Positions 51,560 through 64,000 of a stretch of 64,000 nt of DNA are shown piece after piece; position 1 is the first letter of the stretch, and the number at the start of each line of letters is the position of its first letter. The position numbers and the translations under genes were made by a program. The stretch is from the human T2T-CHM13v2.0 reference genome, Homo sapiens: NCBI RefSeq assembly GCF_009914755.1, contig NC_060935.1, one strand, 5' to 3'. The notes under the pieces were generated by a model, which was not told the origin of the DNA, did not search any database, and was given only the letters and a program-made list of their open reading frames with translations.

Positions 51560-52960
51560 TCCTCAACTCTTTTCCTATCACTGTCTTCCCAATTAGCAAA
51601 AGACTCCAACAATCAATCACCTAGGAGTCTGGCCCAGATCCATGGAGACGTTCCTGATTCCTCTCTTTCCCTCACACTCCACATTTAAAGCTTTGCTTTT
51701 CAAATATGTTCTGAAACTACCTGCTTCTCACTTCCTCCACTGCTGACTCTCAGATGAACCCTGCTCTCCCTCCTGAGCCTATAAATGGTGTCTCAGCTTT
51801 TACTCTTGCTCTCCTGCAGGCCATTCTCTACACCAGGGATCTTGTACCAACTTGTCATATGACTTATTTTCCCTGCTCAAAACTCTCTAAGGACTTACTG
51901 ACACATTTAGAATCCAAACTCCTTACCATGACTGCTAAGATCCCATATGAACTGGCACTGCCTAATTCTTTCACTTTTTGTCTTTCACTGAGTTCCTTGC
52001 CCCTTCCACCCTAGCCGTCTTGCTGTTCCTCACACCATCCGAAGCTTGTTTCGAATTCGGGGCCTTTGCACTTGCTGTTCCTTTTGCCTGGAGTGCTCTT
52101 CTTCAAGATATTTCTGCCTATAGTTTCCTCACTTCCTTTAGGTCTCAGCAAAAATGTTGCCTCCTCAGAGAGGCCTTCTGTCACCTATTACCATAGCATG
52201 GTCTAGATGCTCTCAGGAGACCCCAAAACCTGTGAAACTAACTTGTGCTTGCAGCTGTGCTTGCTTACAGATAAGAAAGCAGAATGCCAGAAACTGCGAG
52301 TTAGCCACAAGACCAACTAAGTGCAGAAGTGCTGCCTTGACTTGAACTCTTGCATAGGTGCACTGAACTCATTTCTTGCTTCATTACCATACTAAAATCT
52401 CCACCCAGCAGGGAGAAATGTACCTTGTTAGGCACAAAAGGTGCTGGGTGCAAACAAAAAGACATGACTGCACACACTCTTTTCCCTCCTGGAAGAGCCC
52501 ACGTTTTTCCAGGAATCCCTGCCCCAGTCTCCACCTACCTGTCCTGGGAGCCCTTTAAATCTCCCTCTACTTGACTTCCAGGGAGACGGTGCTTTGAGCA
52601 CGAGCTCCCCTCCCCTTCATCATTCTTTGATCACGAGTAAAGTTTCTGTTCTGCTTTACTTAACCTGGTCTGGTTCTATTGGCACAAATGACACTGGGCA
52701 GGGAAAGAACCCATTAGGATCCAATAACCTCCTGGGAGGGTCAGTAACACTTCCTTTGCTCTTCTAACTTGCTTTGTTTCTCTTACCGCCCTTATCATTA
52801 TATGAAATTATATATGTGTTTATTTCCTGTGTCTATCTTGATGCAAATTTTATGAAGGCAAAAACATCGTGCTGTTCATTATCTTGTTCTTTGTCCCTAG
52901 TGCCTAGAATTATGCTTACAACGTAGTAGATGCCCAATTTCTGTCAATTAAATGAATAAA
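51560..52960 (+). mobile_element. L2 fragment interrupted by an LTR
   Basis: AGAATCCAAACTCCTTACCATG; GGGCCTTTGCACTTGCTGTTCC; tail AAATGAATAAA. Confidence 0.75.
52199..52750 (+). mobile_element. Probable ERV1-class solo LTR (subfamily not assigned)
   Basis: ~550-bp block splitting L2, with TATA-like CTTTAAAT, poly(A)-like AGTAAA and 3' end GGTCAGTAACA. Confidence 0.55.
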
Positions 52961-53233
52961 GCTTGACCAGAATGTTCAATGATGACCTCAGGGTCCATGC
53001 TTGGAACTGCCCTGTAGATGAGAAGGCTTCTTAGAGCAAATTCTTTAGTTCTGCCTCCTATGCAATGGCTTACACAGATGGTATTATAATATGATTAAGG
53101 ATGTGGGTTACAGAGGAGTTATCTGGAGTTTACTACCTATTGACTTACTTTGGAGAAATCTCTGTCTTCATTTTTTTATACTTATGAAGCACAATAAATA
53201 TCATTACATTGTTTCTAATAAAAAGCTTTACTA

Positions 53234-53528
<295 letters not shown>

Positions 53529-53630
53529 TCATTTTCATAAAAGTCATGTATTAGAGGGTTATTATGAAAATTAAATATATGTGAGCTTCAGAAAAATTCC
53601 TGGCACATTGTAAAATGGGCACTACTATTA

Positions 53631-54614
53631 CAGTCCATTTCCATTATTCACACCTTCTGTATTTGCATATTTACCTACTCAAAATTTATGTGTATCCCCC
53701 AAATCCATGTGCTTGGTTTCTCGTAGTCATTTGAAGACATGAGCTGATATGGTTTGGCTCTGTGTCCCCACCAAAACCTCATCTTGTAGCTCCCATAATT
53801 CCCACGTGTTGAGGGAGGGACCTGGTGGGAGATGACTGATTCATGGGGCAGGTCCTTCCTGTGCTGTTCTAGTGATAGTTAATGGGTCTCATGAGATACG
53901 ATGGTTTTAAAATCGGGAGTTTCCCTGCACAAACTCTCTTTGCCTGCTGCCATCCACATAAGATGTGACTTGCTCCTCCATGCCTTCCTCCATGATTGTG
54001 AGGCCTCCCCAGCCACGTGGAATTGTAAATCCAATACACCTCTTTCTTTTGTAAATTGCCCAGTCTCAGGTATGTCTTTATCAGCAGCATGAGTAAAATT
54101 GAGTTACTCATGTTCCCAGCTGAGGAAGGACAAGGTGACACTGCCTTCTTGTTTCAGCTCTCATACTGTAAACGAGTGTCCTTTTCACAGTTGATTTACT
54201 GCCATGTTTTTAACACTTTTGTGCTTTTTGTTGAAGATTTTGCCATTTAAAATGGCTCCCAACCATAGTTCTGAAGTGCTCTTTGGTGTTCCTAAATGCA
54301 ATAAGGCTGTGAAGTACCTTATGGAAAAAAATATGTGTTAGGTAAGCTTGGTTCAGGCATGGGTTATAATGCTGTTGGCCATGAGTTCAATTTTAATGAA
54401 TCAACAATATATATTAAATAAAGAATTCTTAACCAGAAACACACAATAACCAAGTAGACTGGTGGACCGTCTGAAAGTTGATGAAAATGTGACCAGAGGC
54501 TTGCACAACCCTAAGCCAGGATTTCTCTGAGCAGCAGTGAAAACAGTATTTGCTAATTCAGTGAATCTGGCAACTTCATAGAACACAAGTGCCACAGACA
54601 ACAATAATTTAATG
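53631..54614 (+). mobile_element. MER82 (Tigger) interrupted by THE1B
   Basis: GTTCCCAGCTGAGG...CTGCCTTCTTGTTTCAGCTCTCATACTGTAAAC; GAATCAACAATATATATTAAATAA; CAGTATTTGCTAATTCAGTG. Confidence 0.85.
53745..54092 (+). mobile_element. THE1B-like solo LTR, 3' terminus missing
   Basis: TGATATGGTTTGGCTCTGTGTCCCCACC...GTAGCTCCCATAATTCCCACGTG ... TCTTTATCAGCAGCATGA. Confidence 0.92.
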
Positions 54615-54616
54615 TA

Positions 54617-55255
<639 letters not shown>

Positions 55256-55719
55256 CAGTTCTCTTTTCACTCACCTATCAACTCCTTGAGATAGTGGTTT
55301 TCACTCAGCATTTTCATGTAATCACAATTCCTCCCTCCAAATATCTTATCATCTGACTCACATTTCCACCATATGACATTCTCAGAGAACCAGAGACGGG
55401 TTTGGCCAGACATCAGAACTAATGAGAAGGAGGGACTCCCTCAGGACTTTCTGTGTGTTTGTGTCTTTCTTCCTTCTTTTCCTTTATAGTTTAACTTTCT
55501 CTAGATATTTAGTCTACATGGCAGGGAGTATGGCTGCCAATAGCCATTGATTTTCACATCCTACCATCCAAATAACCAAGGAGACTGTCTGAATCTCTCC
55601 TCAGGCCCATACATCCTGAGAAAGCTTGAGTCAGGTGCCCCTGGCTGTGACTAGAACGTGTGTGTGGTACTGTGAAGTGTGTAGTATTCTGGCTACAACT
55701 CTGGGTGATAATTAAATCT

Positions 55720-55925
55720 ACAACTGCATAGCCTAATACAGTAGCCACTTGTCACATGTGGCAATTTATATTTAAATATTAAGTAAAATTAAATAAAATT
55801 TAAAAATCTTCAGCCACACTGGTCATGCTTCCAGTGCTCAGCAGCCAAGTGTGGCTATTAGCTGCTCTCTTAGAACAGATATAGAACATCTCCATCATCG
55901 CAAGAAGTTCTATTGGACAATACTG
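55720..55925 (+). mobile_element. MER3 hAT MITE
   Basis: GTAGCCACTTGTCACATGTGGC ... ATAGAACATCTCCATCATCGCAAGAAGTTCTATTGGACAATACTG. Confidence 0.85.
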
Positions 55926-55982
55926 CTATAGATGAAGAGGAATCTCTCAGAAAAGAGACTAGGGTTAGAAAGGAGTATTTCT

Positions 55983-56527
55983 TACCATTTGACCCAGCCA
56001 TCCCATTACTGGGTATATACCCAAAGGATTATAAATCATGCTGCTATAAAGACACATCCACATGTATGTCTATTGCGGCACTATTCACAATAGCAAAGAC
56101 TTGGAACCAACCTGAATGTCCAACAATGATGGACTGGATTAAGAAAATGTGGCACATATACACCATGGAATACTATGCAGCCATAAAAAATGATGAGTTC
56201 ATGTCCTTTGTAGGGACATGGATGAAGCTGGAAACCATCATTCTCAGCAAACTATCGCAAGGACAAAACATCAAACACCGCATGTTCTCACTCATAGGTG
56301 GGAATTGAACAGTGAGAACACATGGACACAGGAAGGGGAACATCACACACTGGGGCCTGTTGTGGGGTGGGGGAAGGGGGGAGGGATAGCATTAGGAGAT
56401 ATACCTAATGTTAATGACGAGTTAATGGGTGCAGCACACCAACATGGCACATGTATACGTATGTAACAAACCTGCACGTTGTGCACATGTACCCTAAAAC
56501 TTAAAGTATAATAAAAATAAAAATAAA
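55983..56527 (+). mobile_element. L1PA4-like 5'-truncated insertion (ORF2 C-terminus, 3' UTR, A-tail)
   Basis: Encodes PFDPAIPLLGIYPKDYKSCCYKDT...MFSLIGGN*; perfect 16-bp TSD AGAAAGGAGTATTTCT (55967-55982, 56528-56543) at TT/AGAAA. Confidence 0.95.
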
Positions 56528-56699
56528 AGAAAGGAGTATTTCTGAGCAGATAAATCTGTAGGTGTTTCTCATACCTTCTCTGCCATAGTCGATAAAACTG
56601 ACCCAGACTCTTTGCAACAATTTCTTCCTCTGGCACTTAGAACATTTTTATATTCTCACAATTGCCCTGTGATTCTTCCCCTTTCAGTTTTCACCCTCC

Positions 56700-57420
56700 C
56701 CTAAGTATCTGGACTGTTCCTGTGTTTTGTAATACCACTGTATATTGCTGACTTCTAAATTTACATCTGTCTCAGACCCTTCTTCTTAGCTCCAGACCCA
56801 CAGACCTAACTGCCTACTTAATATCTCCAATTGGATATATCAAATGTCACTTGGAATTAATACCTCACACTGAATTCTTAATCTATCCTAAATCTCCTTC
56901 TCTTTGCATGTCCCCCATCTCAATAAATGGCACCTCTATCTGCACAGTTTGTTATGCCAGAAGCCTTGGAAAAATCCTTGCTATCTTCTATCTTCTTTTG
57001 CCTCAGTCTAATATATCCCCAACTCTGATAAATTAAAGATTCAAACTATTTCTTTAATATAGCTAGATTTTTTTTCATTTTTATTGCTACCATTTAATGT
57101 CACACTCTCCTTTCACTTTGCTTCTAACATTTATTCAACTTTCTGTTCCTGCTCTAATGTCATCTTCTCACAGAACCCTTCCTTGTCCTCTGATCTGGAT
57201 TCCACCTTTTACTGTCATCACACATTATGCTTTTGCTTTTCACAAATGTATTGGGTTACATATGTAATTATTTGTTTAGTGTCTAGTCTTCTCTAGCCTC
57301 ATGTAATGTCTTCTCTAGCTTGATAAAGGCAGGAAATACGTTTGTTTTATTTTCCTGTGAATCTGCTGTATTTAGCACAGGGCTGGACCTTTAGCCCTCA
57401 GTCAGTACTTAATACCTTTT
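56700..57420 (+). mobile_element. L2 fragment
   Basis: AGCTCCAGACCC...AACTGCCTACTTAATATCTCC; CCCCATCTCAATAAATGGCACC; GCCAGAAGCCTTGG. Confidence 0.7.
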
Positions 57421-59515
57421 CAGAACACATTTTTATGAGCTTTAGAAACTAGTCTTCTTCCCTCTTAATGGTTATGGAGGTCTTTCAGGTTCTGTGTATC
57501 TTCTTATGGTTTCAGCTTTGACCCTGAGAATGACTCCCTTTCAATGTTACAAGACCTGGCTCCTCTTCTTGGAGACATGCTTGCAAAATTCACCCCTCCT
57601 TCCTGCCTCCCTGGTTTTCCCACAAGAATTCTCTTGAACTCACATGACTTCTTCCTACAGGAGATCTCCAAGCCTGCACCTCCAGCCCATCCAACCACAA
57701 AGAACTTTGAAACCTCTTAACCTGTCTTGTCATCTTAGTTCATGCAAATAGCAACCCCTAGAGATTTGTAGTGCACAGCCTGAACAACCACAGGGGCAAA
57801 CTTCCCTTCCTGTCTCTGAAGTCTCGCTTTATCCTTATTGTCTCACCCCTAGAACTTCAAGGAGCCTCATAACTCATAGCCCAATCCCTACTCTTTCTGT
57901 AGACACATTTTCCAAAATGCAGAATTGCAGAATTGTTCTGCCGGAAGACACCTCCAGAACATCTTACATATCTGAGTGTGTAAATGAGGAAACATAGGTT
58001 TAGAAAGTGGCAGGCTAGTCACTACAACCAAGACCTTCTAACTTTCTGTCTGGTGCTCTATGACACATACAGCCCCCACTGTGCTCAGAGGTCCTCATGG
58101 AGCTTCCTTTACTAAATGTAAAAGACTAAATTCATTTGCCTACAGTTTCCTTTTCTTTCCTTTCGATCACTTTATATTTTCTGAACTGCCCACACTTACC
58201 TTATGCATTTTTGCTGGGAGACCTTTGTTCTTCCTGTTGATCTTACCTAGAATATCTTTCTCTAGTTTTATCCTCTGTTGTGAATCTTGTGTTTCAAGCC
58301 TCAAAGCATGTCTGATACATAGCGGGCTTTAATGTATTTGCTGTTGAATGAATGAATGAAACATGTAATTTAGTCAATTTTCCCCATATTGACTGTGGCT
58401 AAATTTCTATTGACAGAAGTCAACAAATATCTACCACCATATCCTGAAGTTTGCACCAAAGTGGACAGTACTGAAAAATATGCACCTGATGTGTTTGACT
58501 CTCAAAAAGCAGTGATTTCTTAAAGCAGTTGGGAATTTTACCCTATTAATTGCTCACTTGGGTAACCATGCAGTTGATCTCCTCGACTGATCTATCTCCT
58601 GTCTTTCCCAAAGCAGATATTGATCCTGATTTTCTCTGATTTGAAGACTGACAAGTAGAGGCAGGTGAGAAAGGAAGCCTGTGGGAGACACAGGGAGAAA
58701 GGAAAGTCTAGAAAGACACTAGAAGGCCTGAAGAGGAGAAATTTATACTATGACCTCAACCAGAAACAGGTTAGAGACCTTAGTTCTTAAAAGGGAACTT
58801 GTATTGTAGGTATTATTTAAAATGTAAATTGAATCCAAGAATGATTTTAACATTTGGTTTCTGGTCACTAAACCTGGCAATAAGTATAAACAGTTTAAAA
58901 TAATCACAAAGTCAAATGATTTTGCTAGAAAATGAAGATTTCTTGGTCCACAGCTTGTTGCACTGAGTATATTAACCTATGTTAAGAAGTTAGCTCCACT
59001 CTCTTTTAATGTAGTCTGCTAAATAATTTTTAGACATCTCTATAGAAATGAAATTTATTCAAAAAAAGGACACAAATTAGTTTGCAAAATTCAGAAATAT
59101 AACTGGAAAAGCAAGCATAAAGTCTTACATTAAGTGGTTAGTTGCTTATCCCTTGTTGATGCCTATTTTATTTGAGAGATATCCCAGTTGTGCTATGCTA
59201 AGTTTTGAAGGTCTGTGTAGTCTTTAACTTGATCTTTAAAAACAACAGAATTTGAGTGAATGTCAATAAAACCAGTGAATTATAAATATTCTGTCTTCTA
59301 GCATGTTTGACTAGGGCTGCCAATAAACAAAATTATATTTCCTAGGACTTCAGGCATGAATACTAATCTATTGAATTTTAATTTAATATTCTATGAGGAA
59401 CCTAGGAGAGTATCAACAATTTAGACATCTGTTGAGTTATTCTCAGAATAAAACTGGACATGTGAACATTTCAGGAAATGAAATAAAATTCTTAATGTCT
59501 TTGTATTAAAATGCA

Positions 59516-59569
59516 ACATATATACATACATATATACACATATATTCACATATATATACATATATATAT
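59516..59569. repeat. (TA/CA)n low-complexity repeat
   Basis: ACATATATACATACATATATACAC... Confidence 0.85.
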
Positions 59570-60339
59570 TACTATTATGACTTTTTACCTAAAAACCCCA
59601 GTTACTTGAATTAGCTATTAGGCACAGAATTATTCGACCCTGTCCCCATCCCTCTCCCATGCTCACACACTAGCTAGTATTTCTGATGGTAAAATTAATT
59701 CTTGCCACAGAATACAGGTCTTTACTCCCATTCCCCAAATGACCTAAAACCACTAAAATGGCAGAGTTTCATTCAACACTGCAGCTGCTATTTTGTCTCC
59801 AGCAGGATGATATAAAGATTAGGCTATAATCAAAAGCAAAAATTCTTGCATGTGCATTGCAGCTAGAAGAGCTCTCTTTATGCTATGTGCCTCTTCACAA
59901 ATTACAAAGCAAATGATATAGGAGTGTAGCTCCTAAACTGGTCTGTCTGAACTGATAACACTGAATCACTAGTTGGCTGGGGTGTCCACCCAGATGGGAA
60001 AAGGAGGTGGATAAAAGGGAAATGAGGTTGTAATGTTGTTGACTTCAGGCCTCAAGGAAGAGACAGCTGTGGATTTTCTTAGGTGAGGAACAATGTCAGA
60101 GGAGAACATAATTCATTATAAGACTCATGGGGAAACAGTCAAATGAAGAAGCAACAAAGCAGCAACAAAACCAAACCCAAGTCTTGCCCCACTGTGCAGC
60201 TGCAGGACAAAGACAGAACAGAAGCCTGTAATTGGGGAACAAAGTGTTGTTCTTTCGGGCATTATAAAATGAAGCCTTCAGAAATCACTCAATCTTGTCA
60301 TTCCAAACAGTTTGATGCATTTGTGAAAAAAAGTTTTCC

Positions 60340-60625
60340 TTTTTTTTTTTTTTGAAAGGAGTCTTGTTCTGCAGCCCAGGCTGGAGTGCAGTGGCGTGAT
60401 CTCGGCTTACTGCAACCTCTGCCTCCCGGTTCAAGTGATTCTCCTGCCTCAATCTCCTGAGTAGCTGGGACTAAAGGCGCCCACCACCACACCTGGCTCA
60501 TTTTTGTATTTTTAGTAGAGACAGGGTTTCGCCATGTTGACCAGGATGGTCTCGATCTCCGTGTGATCCACCCCCTCGGCCTCCCAAAGTGCTAGGATTA
60601 CAGGCTTGAGCCACCGCGTCCGGCT
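60340..60625 (-). mobile_element. Alu (AluS-like)
   Basis: Full dimer with a small internal deletion; TSD AAGTTTTC(C/T)TTT. Confidence 0.94.
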
Positions 60626-63600
60626 GGAAGTTTTCTTTTCTTTTTTTTTTTCTTTTTTAGCAGTGTACACCTTTTAAAACTGCAATTGAGTACTAAATAA
60701 TGGAGTAGTTTTGTTCAAAAGCAATATTTATTTTTCATGAAGATAAGAGGCATATTACATTCGCTATAGAAAATGCTATGAGAGGAAAAAGCTGCATGTT
60801 ACCGATATGACAAAAAACATAAAAAACTCTACTTATGAAAGTGTTTTGCCCTATAAGAACATATTCAATAAAAGGCATTATTCCAGGTGAATGAGCCATG
60901 CGGAAATGTGGATTTATTAGGGTTTGTTTTGAAATGTAATTTGTATGGCCAGCTTTTTATTCCTTTGATGGCTATCAAATAGATTTATTGGCTACATGTT
61001 AGAAGTGCAAAAGATAACAGGTAACCAAGGGAGAAGTTTTAATAAAACTCTCAGGAAAGGCAAAGAAAAGTGAGTGAATATGCCTGCTTACATTTCAGCT
61101 AATAAATAAAAAGTGCAGATAGGGCTTTAACTGAAAACCTTGCTGGTTATTGCAGCCTGGAAGGTTTATTGAAAACTGGGTAGAACACTCTCATTTTTTA
61201 TATTTACAGCTACATTGTGAGCTGTTCAGGTTAGAGTGATGTAACGTTCATTTTGACTTTGGTACAGGAAACTGATGTTTTCACAGGAAACTTGCAAAGC
61301 AGTTATGAAGAGGAAGAGCGTTCTTAATTATTAGTGTCTGCCTGAGCTATTTCTGATTGTGTTCTGGGATTTTAGAGAATTGAACAATAGAGTATTTAAT
61401 TTTACCACTCCCCTCTTGAGTAAAAACATCAGACACTTTTAGGAAAGTTTTAGAAGGTACATCTTCAATAAGCAGAGATCTTTCATCTCAAATAACTGGG
61501 AAGAATTGCACTGCTTAAGAATAGTTGAACTTGGACCTGAGAGCACCATACTTAGAAATCTAAGTATATTTAGGTCACTCATCTAACACTGGGACTTTAC
61601 CAGCCCTGTCACCCAAACTGGTTGTAGTTAGTAGGACCACAAAGTCACTGAAGAAATCTGCTTTCCTTTTAACTTTCAAGGCAATAAGAAAAATGTAGTT
61701 CTCTGTTAGCAGTCCCTGAGCTATCTGAATTTCGGTGTTTCTCTCTTAAGCCTCTTGCTTTGGAGGATGATGAATCATTTCCTACTCCTGGAGTTAGTCT
61801 CCTTTAAAACAGACACGAAGGAGGCAGAGAGAAAAAATTACTCTAAATACCATTAACCAATGTAAAACAGTTTTCTATTAAACAGTAGGACAGCAGGGCC
61901 AAACTTGTGTTACCACAATTGACAACTGGCTTCTTAAAGCAAGCTCCATAGATTAAGAACCATAGCCTCTAGGACTGATTTTACTTGGTTCAGAAACAGG
62001 AAATCAGAACAGTGAGCAAGTATACGATTAGAAATTTACATTAATAAAATGTGATTTTTTTGATACACAAAAGCTTTTAGGTTGTAAATAATCTATGATG
62101 GCCTGCCAAATATAAAATGCCATTATAAATCCATGTCTATATTTCAAAAAGACGGGAACACAAAAGCAAGATACATTAAATTAATTGGTGTAGTTTGGAG
62201 AGTTCGAATCCATTATTAGATATGGATCCTATCAAATATCCCACCTAATTTCCAGTTACGTCGATGTTTCAATGTTCACTTTTTAAGTTCTCAACTACCC
62301 ACATCTTTCACTGAACACCATCTGGAAAGGTTCATACAGAATGCCCATGCCATTCTTGAAAGGATTTGCTTTTGTGGAGGGGTTTTGCAAAGAAAAACAA
62401 TTCAAAATTCTGTTACAGCTTATACATTGTCTTTTGTAGGACTATAATAAAAAACCTTCTAAGTAAGTTTTTGAGATAGGTGTTAAATGAATAAGGATGC
62501 CTCAGCAAAATGCATAAAAAACACAATGATTTAATTTCTAAAGCACTTATATTATTATGGCATGGTTTTGGAGACAGGTTATTACAGTCCACATAGGTAA
62601 GTATGCAGTGCTTCTCATGGAAAAAATGCTTAGGTATTGGCCTTTTCTCTGGAAACCATATTTTTCCTTTTTTAATAATCAACTAAGATGTATATGTAAG
62701 AAAGCCTCATCTTTTGATTTTTAATATACAAGATGCTTTCTTTAAGAGAGCAAGATTCAAAATTGTTTCGTGTTTCAAAATTTAAAAATAAATTTATCTC
62801 CTAAATTTTCTAAAGACATGTTTCATATATTTGACCATCCCTTATTTTGGCAAAGGATTTTAAGAGTCTAACTCAAACATATGTAACCTCTGGTGTACCT
62901 GGTTATATATACCAAAAAAAAAAACATTTGATCTATATACACATAGACATGAATATATTTCTGTGTGTGTTTGTGCATATATAACCTCAAACACTATTAT
63001 TAAATGCAATCCTATATTCTTAGGTATAGAAGTTGATGATATACCTTTCTACTTGCCATGGCATTAACAAAGCAAGGCTGAGACTCAGCAACCACTTGTG
63101 TTCATTGCATTGCAGGCTAGTAGTAAGTTTGGTTGCTGGTAGGAAAAGGGTCTCTTATCTCACCCTCCTTAAACTAAAGGTTCTTTCAGGCTTAATGTAA
63201 GGATGTGCACATTCTCTTATCGAGGTGGTCTTGAGCTGCAGATACAATCGCATCGTTCATGGTGATCCAACTGGATGTCAACTAGAGCCATGGTCTTAGC
63301 TCTACCCCTCCTCTTGATGTGGCCAGGCTCAAACTGTAATACCTAGGACAAGAAGCACATCTCCTGTTAGAAAGCCTTTGGAGTTCAACTCAGTCAGATG
63401 CCACTTACTTATTACCTTTTTGACAACTAGTTCTTAGCCCTTTGAGAACCCAACAGAAGCTATGGGCTTGCTATTAGAATGCACACGTTACTATTAGAAT
63501 GTACACATTTTTCAAATAATTGACTCCCTGAAGTGGAGGAATCAATTGATCCCAGAGTAATGCCCAGCATTACTTACCTGAAGTACCCAGATGATTTCAT

Positions 63601-63813
63601 GTGTCTTAGCAGGTATTTATAGCTTTCTAAGGGCCTGCTTTGGGCCAAGTGCTGTTCCAAATATTATCGTAAAGATCCTTCTGACCAAGGCATGTGTTAT
63701 AGATGAATACAATACTTGAGCATATTATTAGCATGGAGAGGAAAATGAATACAACCATGAATAAAATATGCTGGTATATCTAAATCTTTGGTTGAAGTAA
63801 AACATGTTGCCCT

Positions 63814-64000
63814 GGAGTTGCTGGCAAGATGGCCGAATAGGAACAGCTCTGGTCTGCAGTTCCCAGCGAGATCAATGCAGAAGGCGGGTGATTTCTCCAT
63901 TTCCAACTGAGGTACCCAGTTCATCTCACTGGGACTGGTTAGACATTGGGTGCAGCCCACGGAAGGTGAGCTGAAGCAGGGTGGGGTGTCCCCTCAGCCG
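63814..64000 (+). mobile_element. 5' end / 5' UTR of an L1PA (about L1PA6-8), running out of the window
   Basis: GGCAAGATGGCCGAATAGGAACAGCTCTGGTCTGCAG...TTTCCAACTGAGGTACC; YY1 motif CAAGATGGCCG at 63825-63835; candidate TSD AAAACATGTTGCCCT (63799-63813). Confidence 0.93.

Noticed and set aside
55913-56308. 131-aa chimeric ORF (flank plus ORF2 C-terminus) as a new gene
   Set aside because: It starts at a TTG inside MER3 with no promoter or splice support; the frame is open because the L1 is young.
56360-56386. G-quadruplex-like tract
   Set aside because: It is a standard part of the L1PA 3' UTR and not specific to this locus.
62413-62682. 89-aa minus-strand ORF in the repeat-free region
   Set aside because: Non-ATG start, AT-rich composition and no recognisable domain.

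Overview
AT-rich primate (human-like) genomic DNA, intergenic or intronic, heavily occupied by recognisable transposable elements. I find no supportable intact protein-coding exon, RNA gene or CpG island. Every ORF I can recognise is an Alu, L1 or ERV remnant. Main structures: (1) a twin-primed, 5'-inverted L1PA at 7.9-11.3 kb with an AluY near its junction; (2) a ~8.4 kb ERV-L cluster at 16.5-25 kb, made of a + strand LTR16/HERV16-like 5' half converging on a decayed - strand provirus (gag-PR-RT-RH-IN-dUTPase) whose 5' LTR is interrupted by MER44; (3) many solo LTRs (MER41A, MLT1/MST, MLT2, THE1B), DNA transposons (MER5, MER20, MER82, MER2, MER3, Tigger3), MIR/L2 relics and 10 Alu-family copies; (4) a short L1PA4-like 3' insertion with a perfect 16-bp TSD; (5) the 5' UTR start of a probably full-length L1PA at the right edge, beside a repeat-poor, 3'UTR-like stretch. 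I see no evidence for a new biological system. The most interesting signals are local rearrangement scars (templated insertions, a micro-inversion, an unexplained A-tailed insert in Tigger3), an E-box/octamer cluster at 40.6-41.0 kb and a possible minus-strand transcript end near 61-63.8 kb. Subfamily names come from remembered consensus sequences and need RepeatMasker/Dfam confirmation.
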